A stretch of DNA of 64,000 bases. It comes from Planctomycetota bacterium (GTDB lineage Bacteria; Planctomycetota; SZUA-567; H5-PLA8). Below the pieces are notes generated by a model. It was given only the letters and a program-made list of their open reading frames with translations, ran no database searches and was not told the origin of the DNA. Positions within the stretch are counted from its first letter, which is position 1, and every line of letters starts with the position of its first letter. Shown piece after piece: positions 1 through 10,149 of the stretch. A program made the position numbers and the translations under genes. Location: contig BTVV01000004.1 in assembly GCA_045863855.1 (NCBI GenBank), positions 62,627 to 126,626 on the forward strand, written 5' to 3'.

Positions 1-1476
1 CGAAGCTGCCGGTTCGAGCGCGATCTCGTTCCCCAATTGGGCCGGCGCCAACGGCGGCGCGGAGGGCGTGCCCGAGGCCAGCGTCCGATTGAAGACCGGC
101 GCCGAGCAGTGCTTCGAGCAAACGATCAGGAGCGCGTGCCCCTCGTTTACGTAGGTCCGCAGATCCGCGAGGTTCTCGGTCGGCAACGACGAAACATCGT
201 ACAGGACGACGATGTCGTACTTGCTCAGCACCTCCGCGCGCAGTTCGGGCGCCAGGATCCGCTTCGTATGAATGCCGGTGCCTTCGGCGAGCCCCAATTC
301 GCGGCCGGGATTAAGCACATATTGCAGGATGCGCCCGCCATCGACTTCGGAACCGGCGACGGCCTCGCCCGAATCGGCGGGTTGTCCCGGAAGCGCTTGG
401 ATCTGCGGTCCGGCCGCACCGCTTTCGCCCATCACAATCAGCACCCGGCGCAAGTCGGCCACCTTTAAGGGAACTCGAAACGCGTCGTCCAGCGCGTACG
501 CGTCCGAGTCGATCTGAAGTTCGGCGATCGTGCGCAGACTCATGTTGATCGGCTGCGTCAATTCGACGAAGGCTTCGCCCCCCGCCGCGAGGTTCAACGC
601 TTTCGTGTGCGCGGCCTTTCGAGCGCCCAGCATCAACTGCACTTTGACTTCCGCCGCTTCCGGTCCGTGGTTCACCACATGCGCCAGCAGATGCGCATCG
701 TCGCCCACGTTGACCTCAGGCTTGCGCAGACGGGCGTATTCGATGGCGACATTCCCCGCACGGTCTCCGTGCGAGACATCCAGCAGCGCGACACGCAGGC
801 TGGCGCCGTGCGCTTCCGCCGCCGCGGCGATGCGTTCCAGGTCGGCCTGCTTGCGCGGATAAAGCGCGCTGGCCCGGTAATCGGACAGCAGCACGATCTG
901 CGTGCAGCCTTCACGCCGCCCCGCCGCCAGTTCGATCGCCTTGCTTAGTCCCGCCGTCAGTCCGCAGCCTTCCCCATCGATGGGTTCCGCCCGCGCCAGC
1001 GCCTCGCTCGCCGCGGCCGTACCTTGCGTGAGCGGCAGGATGCTTTGGGCTTCGGTGCCGGCGAGTACGATTCCGCAGCGGCTCGCGGCATGTTCGGAAT
1101 CCAGCAATTCCGCGCCGAGCGCTTTTGCGCGGTCGAAGTAGCGCTCCGCCTGGATCGTTCCATTCACCGTGACATGCCGCTGCATGCTCGCCGAAGCGTC
1201 GAGCACCAGGATCAGGTTTCGCGGAGCCGGTTCGCTGCCGGGCCACGCGAAGCGTGCCATCGCCAGCACCAGAAGCAGCATCGCCAGCAACCGCAGCAGC
1301 AGTTGAATTCGGTCGATCAGTCGCGGAGCGAAAACATTGGTTTGGCGCGTATCGGCCAGAAAGCGCAGCGACGGAAACTCGCGCACGGGAAAGCGCGCTC
1401 GATTGATCAGGTGGATCGCTACGGGCGCCGCCAGCCCCAGCACGCCCAACAGCATGGCCGGATAGAGCAGGCTCAT
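1..1476 (-). CDS. BatA N-terminal domain + vWA domain protein (3' end runs off the window; absent from ORF track)
   Basis: Hand translation from ATG 1476, which overlaps the DUF58 stop as ATGA: MSLLYPAMLLGVLGLAAPVAIHLINRARFPVREFPSLRFL (BatA-type), RLLAMLLLVLAMAR, vWA MIDAS-like LVLDASASM and later VLLSD. Sits in canonical position after MoxR-DUF58. Confidence 0.88.
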   Translation of the reverse strand, partial: MSLLYPAMLLGVLGLAAPVAIHLINRARFPVREFPSLRFLADTRQTNVFAPRLIDRIQLLLRLLAMLLLVLAMARFAWPGSEPAPRNLILVLDASASMQRHVTVNGTIQAERYFDRAKALGAELLDSEHAASRCGIVLAGTEAQSILPLTQGTAAASEALARAEPIDGEGCGLTAGLSKAIELAAGRREGCTQIVLLSDYRASALYPRKQADLERIAAAAEAHGASLRVALLDVSHGDRAGNVAIEYARLRKPEVNVGDDAHLLAHVVNHGPEAAEVKVQLMLGARKAAHTKALNLAAGGEAFVELTQPINMSLRTIAELQIDSDAYALDDAFRVPLKVADLRRVLIVMGESGAAGPQIQALPGQPADSGEAVAGSEVDGGRILQYVLNPGRELGLAEGTGIHTKRILAPELRAEVLSKYDIVVLYDVSSLPTENLADLRTYVNEGHALLIVCSKHCSAPVFNRTLASGTPSAPPLAPAQLGNEIALEPAAS

Positions 1477-2384
1477 CGCGCGCGCTCCCGGCGGAAGTTC
1501 AGGTAATCGCGCAACGCGATTTCCAGCGGATCGGTGGTCGTAAAAAAGCGGTAATCGGCGCCCCATGCCGCACAGGCTTCGCGCAGGTCTTTGCGAAAGC
1601 GCCCGAAGCGGTCGAGGTACGATCGCTTCTGTCGCATCGCGTCGCAGGTCATCGTCGCGCCGGTCTCCGCGTCGCGAAACGTATTCATTTCCTCGAACGG
1701 AAACTCCACTTCGTCGCGGTCGGCCACATGGAACAGAACCACCTCGTGATTGCGCGCGGCGACATGCCGCAGGCCGTCCACGATATCCTCCACTTCCCCG
1801 TAGCAGTCGCTGATCAGGATCAGGATGCTCCGTCGCGGCATGCGCTGCGCGGTCTGCTTCAGCGCGTAGGATAGGCCCGTTTCGCCGTGGGCTTTCAATT
1901 GGTCGAGTGTCTTGAGTATGGCGAACAGGTGCCGCTTGCCCTGCCGTGGCGGCAGGAAGGTGCGGATACGGTCGTTGAAGGTAAAGAGTCCCGCCGAATC
2001 CTGCTGGTGCGAAACCAGATAGGTAAGCGCCGCGCTCAAGTACGAACCGAACTCGATTTTACTGAAACGGCCGGGATCCACCGGCTGATAGCCCATCGAA
2101 CGGCTGATATCCAACAGGCAGACCACATTCATGTTGGATTCCATCTCGAAGCGCTTCACGAAATACTTTCCGGTGCGCCCCAGCATGCGCCAGTCGATCG
2201 TCCGCGGTTCGTCGCCCACCACATATTCGCGATGATCCACGAACTCGACGCTGAAGCCGTAGTTGGGGCTGCGGTGCCGCGAAGCGTACATCCCTTCCAC
2301 CAGCAGCCGCGCTTTCAGCTCGATGGACTCGATCGAGCGCAGCAGCTTCGGGTCGAGGTAGCGGGCTTGAGCGATGGCGTTCAT
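1473..2384 (-). CDS. DUF58 domain protein (MoxR-associated)
   Basis: GFSVEFVDHREYVVGDEPRTIDWR, LLDISRSM and LILISD motifs; directly downstream of MoxR. Confidence 0.93.
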   Translation of the reverse strand: MNAIAQARYLDPKLLRSIESIELKARLLVEGMYASRHRSPNYGFSVEFVDHREYVVGDEPRTIDWRMLGRTGKYFVKRFEMESNMNVVCLLDISRSMGYQPVDPGRFSKIEFGSYLSAALTYLVSHQQDSAGLFTFNDRIRTFLPPRQGKRHLFAILKTLDQLKAHGETGLSYALKQTAQRMPRRSILILISDCYGEVEDIVDGLRHVAARNHEVVLFHVADRDEVEFPFEEMNTFRDAETGATMTCDAMRQKRSYLDRFGRFRKDLREACAAWGADYRFFTTTDPLEIALRDYLNFRRERAR

Positions 2385-2427
2385 CGTCGCGGTTCATCCC
2401 TGCGGCTGGAAGGCGATACGGATGGTG

Positions 2428-3438
<1,011 letters not shown>

Positions 3439-3507
3439 TCCAGATTCCTCCTTCATCCTAGGCAGACTCGGGTACTCCGCATCGGCCTTTTCCCTATACA
3501 CCAACAC

Positions 3508-3803
3508 TTCATGCCATAGATCGATTTGTTAAAGTATTAAATTAAACCAACTAGGGAGCCCCTGGTAAAGTTTCGGGTCTCCAAACAGCCACCCCCTAAG
3601 ACTCCCGAGCAATTGGGATTTGCACAAGCGCATGAGCACCAAGATAATCGTGCGGAGATTCGAGGAATCCATTCAACCCAAAGTATACCAACAGGATAGG
3701 AATATTTAACTTTATCAATTGTTTTGTCTGATTAAAGTACAGTTGCGGGTGTATACTTTTCCATTCAGTGAAGTAAAAACCCGCTAATCGGTGTCACGGC
3801 CCC
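3508..3803. promoter_or_regulatory. AT-rich divergent promoter region with candidate GntR operators
   Basis: AAAGTATAC at 3680-3688 and its inverse GTATACTTT at 3751-3759; further AAAGTA half-sites at 3531 and 3734. Fits the GT-N-AC palindrome style of GntR operators. Confidence 0.5.
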
Positions 3804-4901
3804 ATGAAACAGTCCGAGATCGCTCAACTCATCCGCGACCAGATCGTTTCCAGCTCGCTTACGCCCGGCGCGCGGTTACCTACGCGGCTGGAACTCGAAC
3901 AGCGCTTTGGAAGCAGCAGCGTCACGATCCAGCGCGCACTCGATCAACTCAGCGCCGAGGGATTCGTCGAAGCGCACGGGCGCAGGGGCACCTTCGTTTC
4001 CGATGCACCTCCGCATTTGCATCGATACGGGTTGGTCTTCGCATCTCGGCCCGCGGCGGGCGGCGCGTGGAACCGCTGGTGGCAGACGCTCGTTCACGTC
4101 GCTCAGGATTTGCAAGCGCGCTCGGGGAAGCAGATCAAGCTGTTCTACGACGTTGACCCCCGGCTCAGCGGAAGCGCCGAATACCAGGCGCTCGAAGAGG
4201 CCGTGACCAGCCAGACCGTCGCGGGGCTGATCTTCGCCTGCCATCCGTACATCTTCGTCAATACCCCGGTGCTCGATTTCCCCGGCGTGCCGCGCATGGC
4301 GTTCACGGGCGAACCCTTTCGCTCGGACATGGCGGCGTTTCAGTTCAATAACCAGGCGTACCAGGATAAAGCGTTCGATTATTTCCTCCGGCGCGGGCGC
4401 AAGCGCCTCGCGGTGCTGGGGCAGCCGATGTCCGACCGCCTGGATCTGGCCTGGACCGTCGCCGCTCAAAAGCGCGGCCTCGAGACGCGCCCGGCCTGGA
4501 CGCTGGCCGTGCCGCTCAACGACGCGCACTGGGCTCAGAACGTCGTGATGCTACTGATGAGCTTGCCGCCAAGCGAACGCCCCGACGCGCTTCTGATCAA
4601 AGACGACAACCTCACCGAACAGGCGCTCTACGGATTGCGCGACAGCGGCGTGCGCGTAGGCGAAGACCTGGACGTGATCGCACACGCCAACTTTCCGGTG
4701 CAAGCGCCGCTGATCCTGCCGGCCAAGCGCCTGGGCTGGGACTCGCGCGAAATCCTGCGGCTGGGTATGGCCTACATCGACGCGCACCGGCGAAAAGAAA
4801 GCGCGCCCGACCGCTACCTGCTGGACGCTTGGTTCGAAGAAGAATTGGCAGAACCGCTGTTCACGTCTCCGCCATGGCCTGCGGCGCGCGTCCACGCCTG
4901 A
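3804..4901 (+). CDS. GntR-family regulator with LacI-like periplasmic-binding-fold sensor domain
   Basis: N-terminal wHTH LTPGARLPTRLELEQRFGSSSVTIQRALDQLSAEGFVEAHGRRGTFV; C-terminal PDALLIKDD and GVRVGEDLDVI typical of LacI-type domains. Confidence 0.9.
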   Translation: MKQSEIAQLIRDQIVSSSLTPGARLPTRLELEQRFGSSSVTIQRALDQLSAEGFVEAHGRRGTFVSDAPPHLHRYGLVFASRPAAGGAWNRWWQTLVHVAQDLQARSGKQIKLFYDVDPRLSGSAEYQALEEAVTSQTVAGLIFACHPYIFVNTPVLDFPGVPRMAFTGEPFRSDMAAFQFNNQAYQDKAFDYFLRRGRKRLAVLGQPMSDRLDLAWTVAAQKRGLETRPAWTLAVPLNDAHWAQNVVMLLMSLPPSERPDALLIKDDNLTEQALYGLRDSGVRVGEDLDVIAHANFPVQAPLILPAKRLGWDSREILRLGMAYIDAHRRKESAPDRYLLDAWFEEELAEPLFTSPPWPAARVHA

Positions 4902-4977
4902 TCGATTCTACGGCCACTCCGGTTAGGCGAGGTTCGTGGCGCGGGCAATCGACTGCGCGTCGAAACTACCCGCCATG

Positions 4978-7900
4978 CTAATCCATCTCTTCCAGCAGCG
5001 AATCCGCGGCGCTGGTTTTGCCCACCGCGCCGGGAATGCCAGGCGATTGCGATCCGTCCTGCTTGCTGCCGATGAAGCGCAAGTGCCCCCACAGCGACGG
5101 ATCGAGGCGCGCTTCGGTCGGTTCGTCCGCCACGCCGGAAGCCAGAAGGTCGGCCCACGATTGCCGGTTGCGCGTCGAATGCCCGTCGTCGGTCATCATC
5201 ACGCTCCAATCCATCTTGAGCGTCGCCGCGGCTTCAGGCTTCAGGCCCAGATCGGCGAGCGGAATGGAAGCTTCGATCGTGTACTTGCCGTCTTGATCGC
5301 GCAGCGCGATCTGCGCCGCTTTAAGCACCGTTACCTGCTCGAACACGGCTGTACCGCCGGCCGGCGTGCTGGTCTCCCAGCGCGCATCGGCCGGAGCGCC
5401 CGGCGCCACAGCTCGATACAGCACCGCCACCGGCTTACCTTTGAAGCGCGCGATCAGCAGGCGCACATCGCCCGCGACCGGTTGCTTGCGGTCCGGCGGC
5501 GCGAGCGGGTCGGCGCCGAGCTTCACGTCCACCGCCGCACCGGTCTTGAAGAGCCTGCGGAAATCCTCGCCACCATTTTGGAACGGTCCTCGATCCTTCA
5601 CCTCCCAAGCCAGGTAGAGAAATTTGGCGTTGTAGCGCGCCCCAAAGCTGGCGAAGTCGTCGATCGACGCCAGGTCGGGCCATTCCTTTTCGCCGAACTC
5701 ACCATCCAGACTGGGCATGCCCATGCGGCATGGAAGCAACTGCGCCTTGGCGAACACCTGCTGCCGCCCGATCGACGCCTCCCATTCGCGCGTCTGCCGG
5801 ATCATTTCCGCAGTCACTACCAGTTCGCCCGACGCTCGGCGGAACAAGTCCAGGCCGCTCACTTCCATGACGCTGGTGCTGGCGTGCCCCGCGACGACGT
5901 AGCACTTCCCGTCGGCCGTCTGGCAGAAATGGTGGTGAAAGTGTTCCTGTCCCAAGCTCAGGTTTTCCAGCACTGTCCCGCGTGCATGTTCCGCGGGGAA
6001 GCCCTTGGCGCGCGGATCGCGCTGGTGCAGCGTGAGGTGCCCTGCCAGCAAACCGTCAGCGGTCCACAGATTCATCTGGCCGTTGTTGGCATGTATCACG
6101 AAGATATCGCCCAACTCGCCCACCTTCCGGGCTGTGCCGGAAAGGCCGTACTGCAAATCCACTTTGCCCGGCGCCCACGGATACACCTTGAGTCCGTCCA
6201 TGCCGAGCTGGGCCGGATAAGACCAGATCCGCTTTCCGGCGGGGTCCAGCACTTCGTTGACCCCATGCCCGAAGCGAAAATGATTTCCGTCGGGAAGCTG
6301 GAAGTCGGCCCCAAACGGCATCGGCTTGGCTTCGAACTCGGGCGTCCCATCGGTCAGAAAGCTCTTGGGCTCGTAGCGCTTCGAGCCGGCGCTGGTGTTG
6401 GCCCAGAGCCCCAGATTCGCATCGAAGCGCCCCAGCGCGACGCGGTTATCCTTGCCGGGCAACGGCTCGAACGCGACCTCGGGCACCTGCGGCAGGCCGT
6501 CGCCGTTGCGGTCAGTCCAGACGAACTGGAATCCGCCCATTGGCTTCCCCCCCAAGGCCTTGAGGAACTCGGGCTTGGCCAAATAGGGAAAGGCGCCGGC
6601 CGTACCTACCGCCGCACACAGCCGCAGGCGCTTCGCCGTTTCGTCGTAAAGACAGATGACCGCCAGGTTCTGAGTCGAGCCGTGGCTCAGAGGGGCCGAA
6701 ACGATGTAACGCCGGCCGTCCACCACGATCGGCTCCGAGTTATGCCGGAAGCCCGAGCCCCACACCGAAGCCTCCTCGTACCGGTCGGACATCAGGCTGT
6801 CGAGGCGCGTCTTGCCCGTCTCCCAGTCGATATGAAAGCGCATGTCCGCGAAGTAGAGCCGGCTCTTGTCGTACGGATCCAGCACGCCTCCGCCGCCGTA
6901 GTTCGTGTTGCCCAGGAAGTCCTGCACGAACGCGCCGTCTTGCTTGAAGTGCATGATGCGGCGCGGATTTTCGTGCGGATATACCGCGAAGAAGTTGCCC
7001 TGCCCGTCGGCGGTCAGCGCGCAAACCTCCTCCATGATTTCCGGATCGTACGGCCCTGCTTTCATGCGCCCGCGCTTCCCGATTTCGTTCAGGAATTTGC
7101 CGTCCGGACCGTAAACCCGGACGTTGCGCCTGTCGTCGGCGCAGTCGAAGACGTACAGCCGCCCCTGAGGATCGAAGCCGAACGGTCCCGCGCGCTTGGC
7201 GGGTGCCAGATCGGTAACGAAGTCCGTCGTCTGCAGCGAACCGTCATCCACCTGCACGACTTTGGTATCCACGCGCCCGAACAGCGCGCCGTCTGTCGGC
7301 CGGAAGGCCAAGCCGCCGTTCAACGGCGACGCGTGCTCCGAGAGCAGCTTGCCGTCCTGCGCGTCGTGAACGGCTAGGCGACGCGTCACGATCGGATCTA
7401 CCGGCGGCTCGCCGCCCAAATACTGCAGTGCGGCTACGCCGTAGACCCGGCAGCGCGCGGGCTCGATCTGCGTACCGCCTCGGTCGTGGCGCACACCTTC
7501 GGGCCGGCCGCCCTTTTCACCCCATTGCTTGACCACGCGCAGCCGAATCGCGCGCGTTTCGTAATCACGGCCGAAATCGAGCACGCCGTCCAGGTACAGC
7601 GCGTGTGCGTTGTTTCCGCTGTCGGGTTGATAATGGTTGCGCCGCGGCTGAAGGTACGTGCCGGCTGGCTCCCAGCCTTCGAGGGCATCCAAGGTGGGCT
7701 CACCGGCGCCCGTCCAGACGTCCACTTCAGTCCGCTCGCCGTCGATTTCCTTGATCGCCAGCCCGCGCACGCGCTGAGGTTGCTCCCACGCGAGCTGCAT
7801 GATCCCGGGTTCTTCGGACGAAAGCGGGTTCTTGCGCTGCGCGTCCCAAACCCCGCTCTTCACGTCGTACGTACCCGAGTTCACGCTCACCTTCGCGCCG

Positions 7901-9750
7901 GACAGACTGCGATGGCGCATGCGCAGCAGGCGCATGCCTTCGATCTGCCCGCGCCATTTGCCGTCTTGAGCGCCGGCGGCGCCTTCGTTTAAGAGTGACA
8001 AGCCGGCCGTCTGAGCCCCCGTGGTATGGTCTTCCTCGTCCATCAGCGCGTCGTCCATCTCGCCGCCCGGCTTCGAAAACGTAATTCGCAGCGCGCGCGT
8101 AAGTATGCCTTCGGGCAGCGGCACGCACATCCAGGCGTCGTCCAGCTTGGCCGGAACCTGGAGCCAGTCCGCATCGAGGTGCGGCTTGGGCGGATACGAC
8201 GCGCCGGGCTTCAGAACCGACAACTGCACATCCAGGCCGCCCGGCCGGACCAGGGTCGGGAAGACCAGGCTGCCCAGAGGCACTTCTTCCTTAAAGGAAA
8301 GGACAATGTACTGCTTCGAGCGCCGCCCTTCGGTCGACTGCAGATGCAGCGTATTGCGCGGATCGCCTCCGACGAATCCACCTTTCAACCGGAAGTAGCT
8401 CAGGAAATCGCGCCGAGGCGAGATCGGGATTCCGTAATTGTCCGTGCGCGGAATGCCGGCTTGAAGCTTAGGCAAGCTGGCCTCTAAATCGACAAACGAC
8501 TCGGAGGTGGCGACATCGAGGTAGTTCAGAGGACTGTAATAGCCCACGTAAATCTTCTCGTCCTTGGCGGCCAGCCCAACCACCCGGCCGCGCCGCTCCG
8601 GATCGGGGTACAGGTTGAAGAGCCGCGTGGACTTTCGCGACTGCGCGTCGAAGCGGCTGATCTCGTTACCGGATTTGAAGAAGAGCGTCTTTCCGTTGCT
8701 GAACAGCACGTTGACGGCTTGGGGCGATCCCCACAGCTTGCGTCCCTGCGTGTCGCACTCGATCAGCGCATGCCCGCCTTCGGTGCCGCCCGCGCCGATG
8801 TAAAGTTTCTCGCCCACCATCGCGATCGCGCACTGATTGCCGTGATTGGAGAGCCAGCCGTCGGCGGGACCGCGCCACCACGGGGTGCTGTCGGGCGAAT
8901 GCGCCTCCACGTTCGGGTATGGCGTCACCTGATAGACCAACTCGGGCTTGGGCCCGCTGACCAGCTTCCAGCGGTATGTTCCGGGCGCGACGTACTGGCC
9001 CTGCTCGTTTTTCAAGTTCCAGCGTTCTTCGACCGGACCGGCCTCGCGGGGCACTTGGGCAAACAGATTCTTAACGCGCCGGCCTTGGGCATCCTCGAGC
9101 ACCAGCGCGGCTTCGCCGGCCACGGGCACCGTGGCCGCGATGCGCACCGGCGGCAGCGCTTCAGGCGGCACGATGGGCTCCGCGGGCGGCGCGCCCCAGA
9201 CGCTCAGATCGCGCAGCCAAGCCACCTGACCGTTCTTCGGCGCAACTTCAAGCACTGCGATCTTGAACGCGCGCGTCGAAACCGCCTCGGGCAGTTCCAG
9301 CGTATACGTGACTCCTTCGCGCTCGGACTTCTTCGCGATCGCTTCGGGCGGGAGCCGCCGCCAAGCCTTGGCCGGCGCCAAAGCGGGCGACTCGAGCGCC
9401 TCCGCTCGAAGTACAAGGAAACTCACCTCGGTTCCGTTGGTCGTCACGCGTGCGCGCCGGATTTTCTGCGGGCCGGGCCAAGTCAAGATATACCAACTGG
9501 GGCTGGCGCTGCTGACCGGACCGCGATGAACCTTCTTTTCTTCGTCGGGTTGAGCGTTGAACCAAGGACCGCGGCCGCGCGCAAGCGCTACCGGATCGCT
9601 GCCCAGCGGGCATCGCTCGGCTTGCGGAATCGCCATCGGAGCGAGGTTGACGATATCTTTAGAGGGTTCAGCCGTGCCCGCCGTGACCACTGCCGCAGCC
9701 ATGCCCACGCAAAAGCACCCAATCAGCCATACGACTCGAGCTCGCTTCAT
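4978..9750 (-). CDS. Large secreted multidomain protein (FlgD-like Ig, beta-propeller, C-terminal CBM9/DOMON-like sugar-binding domain)
   Basis: Signal peptide; FlgD-like LEDAQGRRVKNL...WNLKNEQGQYVAPGTYRWKL; propeller-like repeats (FGFDPQGRLYVFD, LTADGQGNFFAV); WTDRNGDG motif; C-terminal SLDGEFGEKEW...FLYLAWEVKD...YTIEASIPLADLG. Confidence 0.8.
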   Translation of the reverse strand: MKRARVVWLIGCFCVGMAAAVVTAGTAEPSKDIVNLAPMAIPQAERCPLGSDPVALARGRGPWFNAQPDEEKKVHRGPVSSASPSWYILTWPGPQKIRRARVTTNGTEVSFLVLRAEALESPALAPAKAWRRLPPEAIAKKSEREGVTYTLELPEAVSTRAFKIAVLEVAPKNGQVAWLRDLSVWGAPPAEPIVPPEALPPVRIAATVPVAGEAALVLEDAQGRRVKNLFAQVPREAGPVEERWNLKNEQGQYVAPGTYRWKLVSGPKPELVYQVTPYPNVEAHSPDSTPWWRGPADGWLSNHGNQCAIAMVGEKLYIGAGGTEGGHALIECDTQGRKLWGSPQAVNVLFSNGKTLFFKSGNEISRFDAQSRKSTRLFNLYPDPERRGRVVGLAAKDEKIYVGYYSPLNYLDVATSESFVDLEASLPKLQAGIPRTDNYGIPISPRRDFLSYFRLKGGFVGGDPRNTLHLQSTEGRRSKQYIVLSFKEEVPLGSLVFPTLVRPGGLDVQLSVLKPGASYPPKPHLDADWLQVPAKLDDAWMCVPLPEGILTRALRITFSKPGGEMDDALMDEEDHTTGAQTAGLSLLNEGAAGAQDGKWRGQIEGMRLLRMRHRSLSGAKVSVNSGTYDVKSGVWDAQRKNPLSSEEPGIMQLAWEQPQRVRGLAIKEIDGERTEVDVWTGAGEPTLDALEGWEPAGTYLQPRRNHYQPDSGNNAHALYLDGVLDFGRDYETRAIRLRVVKQWGEKGGRPEGVRHDRGGTQIEPARCRVYGVAALQYLGGEPPVDPIVTRRLAVHDAQDGKLLSEHASPLNGGLAFRPTDGALFGRVDTKVVQVDDGSLQTTDFVTDLAPAKRAGPFGFDPQGRLYVFDCADDRRNVRVYGPDGKFLNEIGKRGRMKAGPYDPEIMEEVCALTADGQGNFFAVYPHENPRRIMHFKQDGAFVQDFLGNTNYGGGGVLDPYDKSRLYFADMRFHIDWETGKTRLDSLMSDRYEEASVWGSGFRHNSEPIVVDGRRYIVSAPLSHGSTQNLAVICLYDETAKRLRLCAAVGTAGAFPYLAKPEFLKALGGKPMGGFQFVWTDRNGDGLPQVPEVAFEPLPGKDNRVALGRFDANLGLWANTSAGSKRYEPKSFLTDGTPEFEAKPMPFGADFQLPDGNHFRFGHGVNEVLDPAGKRIWSYPAQLGMDGLKVYPWAPGKVDLQYGLSGTARKVGELGDIFVIHANNGQMNLWTADGLLAGHLTLHQRDPRAKGFPAEHARGTVLENLSLGQEHFHHHFCQTADGKCYVVAGHASTSVMEVSGLDLFRRASGELVVTAEMIRQTREWEASIGRQQVFAKAQLLPCRMGMPSLDGEFGEKEWPDLASIDDFASFGARYNAKFLYLAWEVKDRGPFQNGGEDFRRLFKTGAAVDVKLGADPLAPPDRKQPVAGDVRLLIARFKGKPVAVLYRAVAPGAPADARWETSTPAGGTAVFEQVTVLKAAQIALRDQDGKYTIEASIPLADLGLKPEAAATLKMDWSVMMTDDGHSTRNRQSWADLLASGVADEPTEARLDPSLWGHLRFIGSKQDGSQSPGIPGAVGKTSAADSLLEEMD

Positions 9751-10149
9751 CCCGAATCTCCGATACCCACTCTACCCGACCTTACGTTTGAACCCGACTC
9801 CATTGACGCACCTTGAGGCGTCCGACTTTTATTTCATCATACGTACACCGTATATAAATTGATTGTCGCTGGACTTCCTGAGATTATTCCAAGGATCCTC
9901 GACTAAGACCGCAAGCTATCGCTCTATCATCATGTAAGACACTATTTATATTGTGTTTATAGATTTCATAATCAACTCCATTCGGAAACCATGAGATTGT
10001 GTCCATTCAAGCGTGGCGTTTTGTGAGTTCACATAACCTTAGTATATAAAAGATGTAATGAATATATCTGTAGCGATGGCAGATTTTCGCTCTACTCTAT
10101 ATTTTGCGGTGTAACTATATTAAGTAAAGTGAAAAAGGAAAGCCCCGCT
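9751..10149. promoter_or_regulatory. Strongly AT-rich divergent intergenic region
   Basis: Sharp drop in GC between divergent genes; GTACAC/GTATAT motifs at 9843-9855 and 10042-10047; TGTGA-GT-TCACA dyad at 10022-10033. Confidence 0.45.

Noticed and set aside
4936..7377. 813-aa plus-strand ORF and similar long antisense ORFs (15478, 17353, 31942, 38301, 41385, 53926)
   Set aside because: Antisense shadows of well-supported genes, expected from high GC3; no recognisable motifs.
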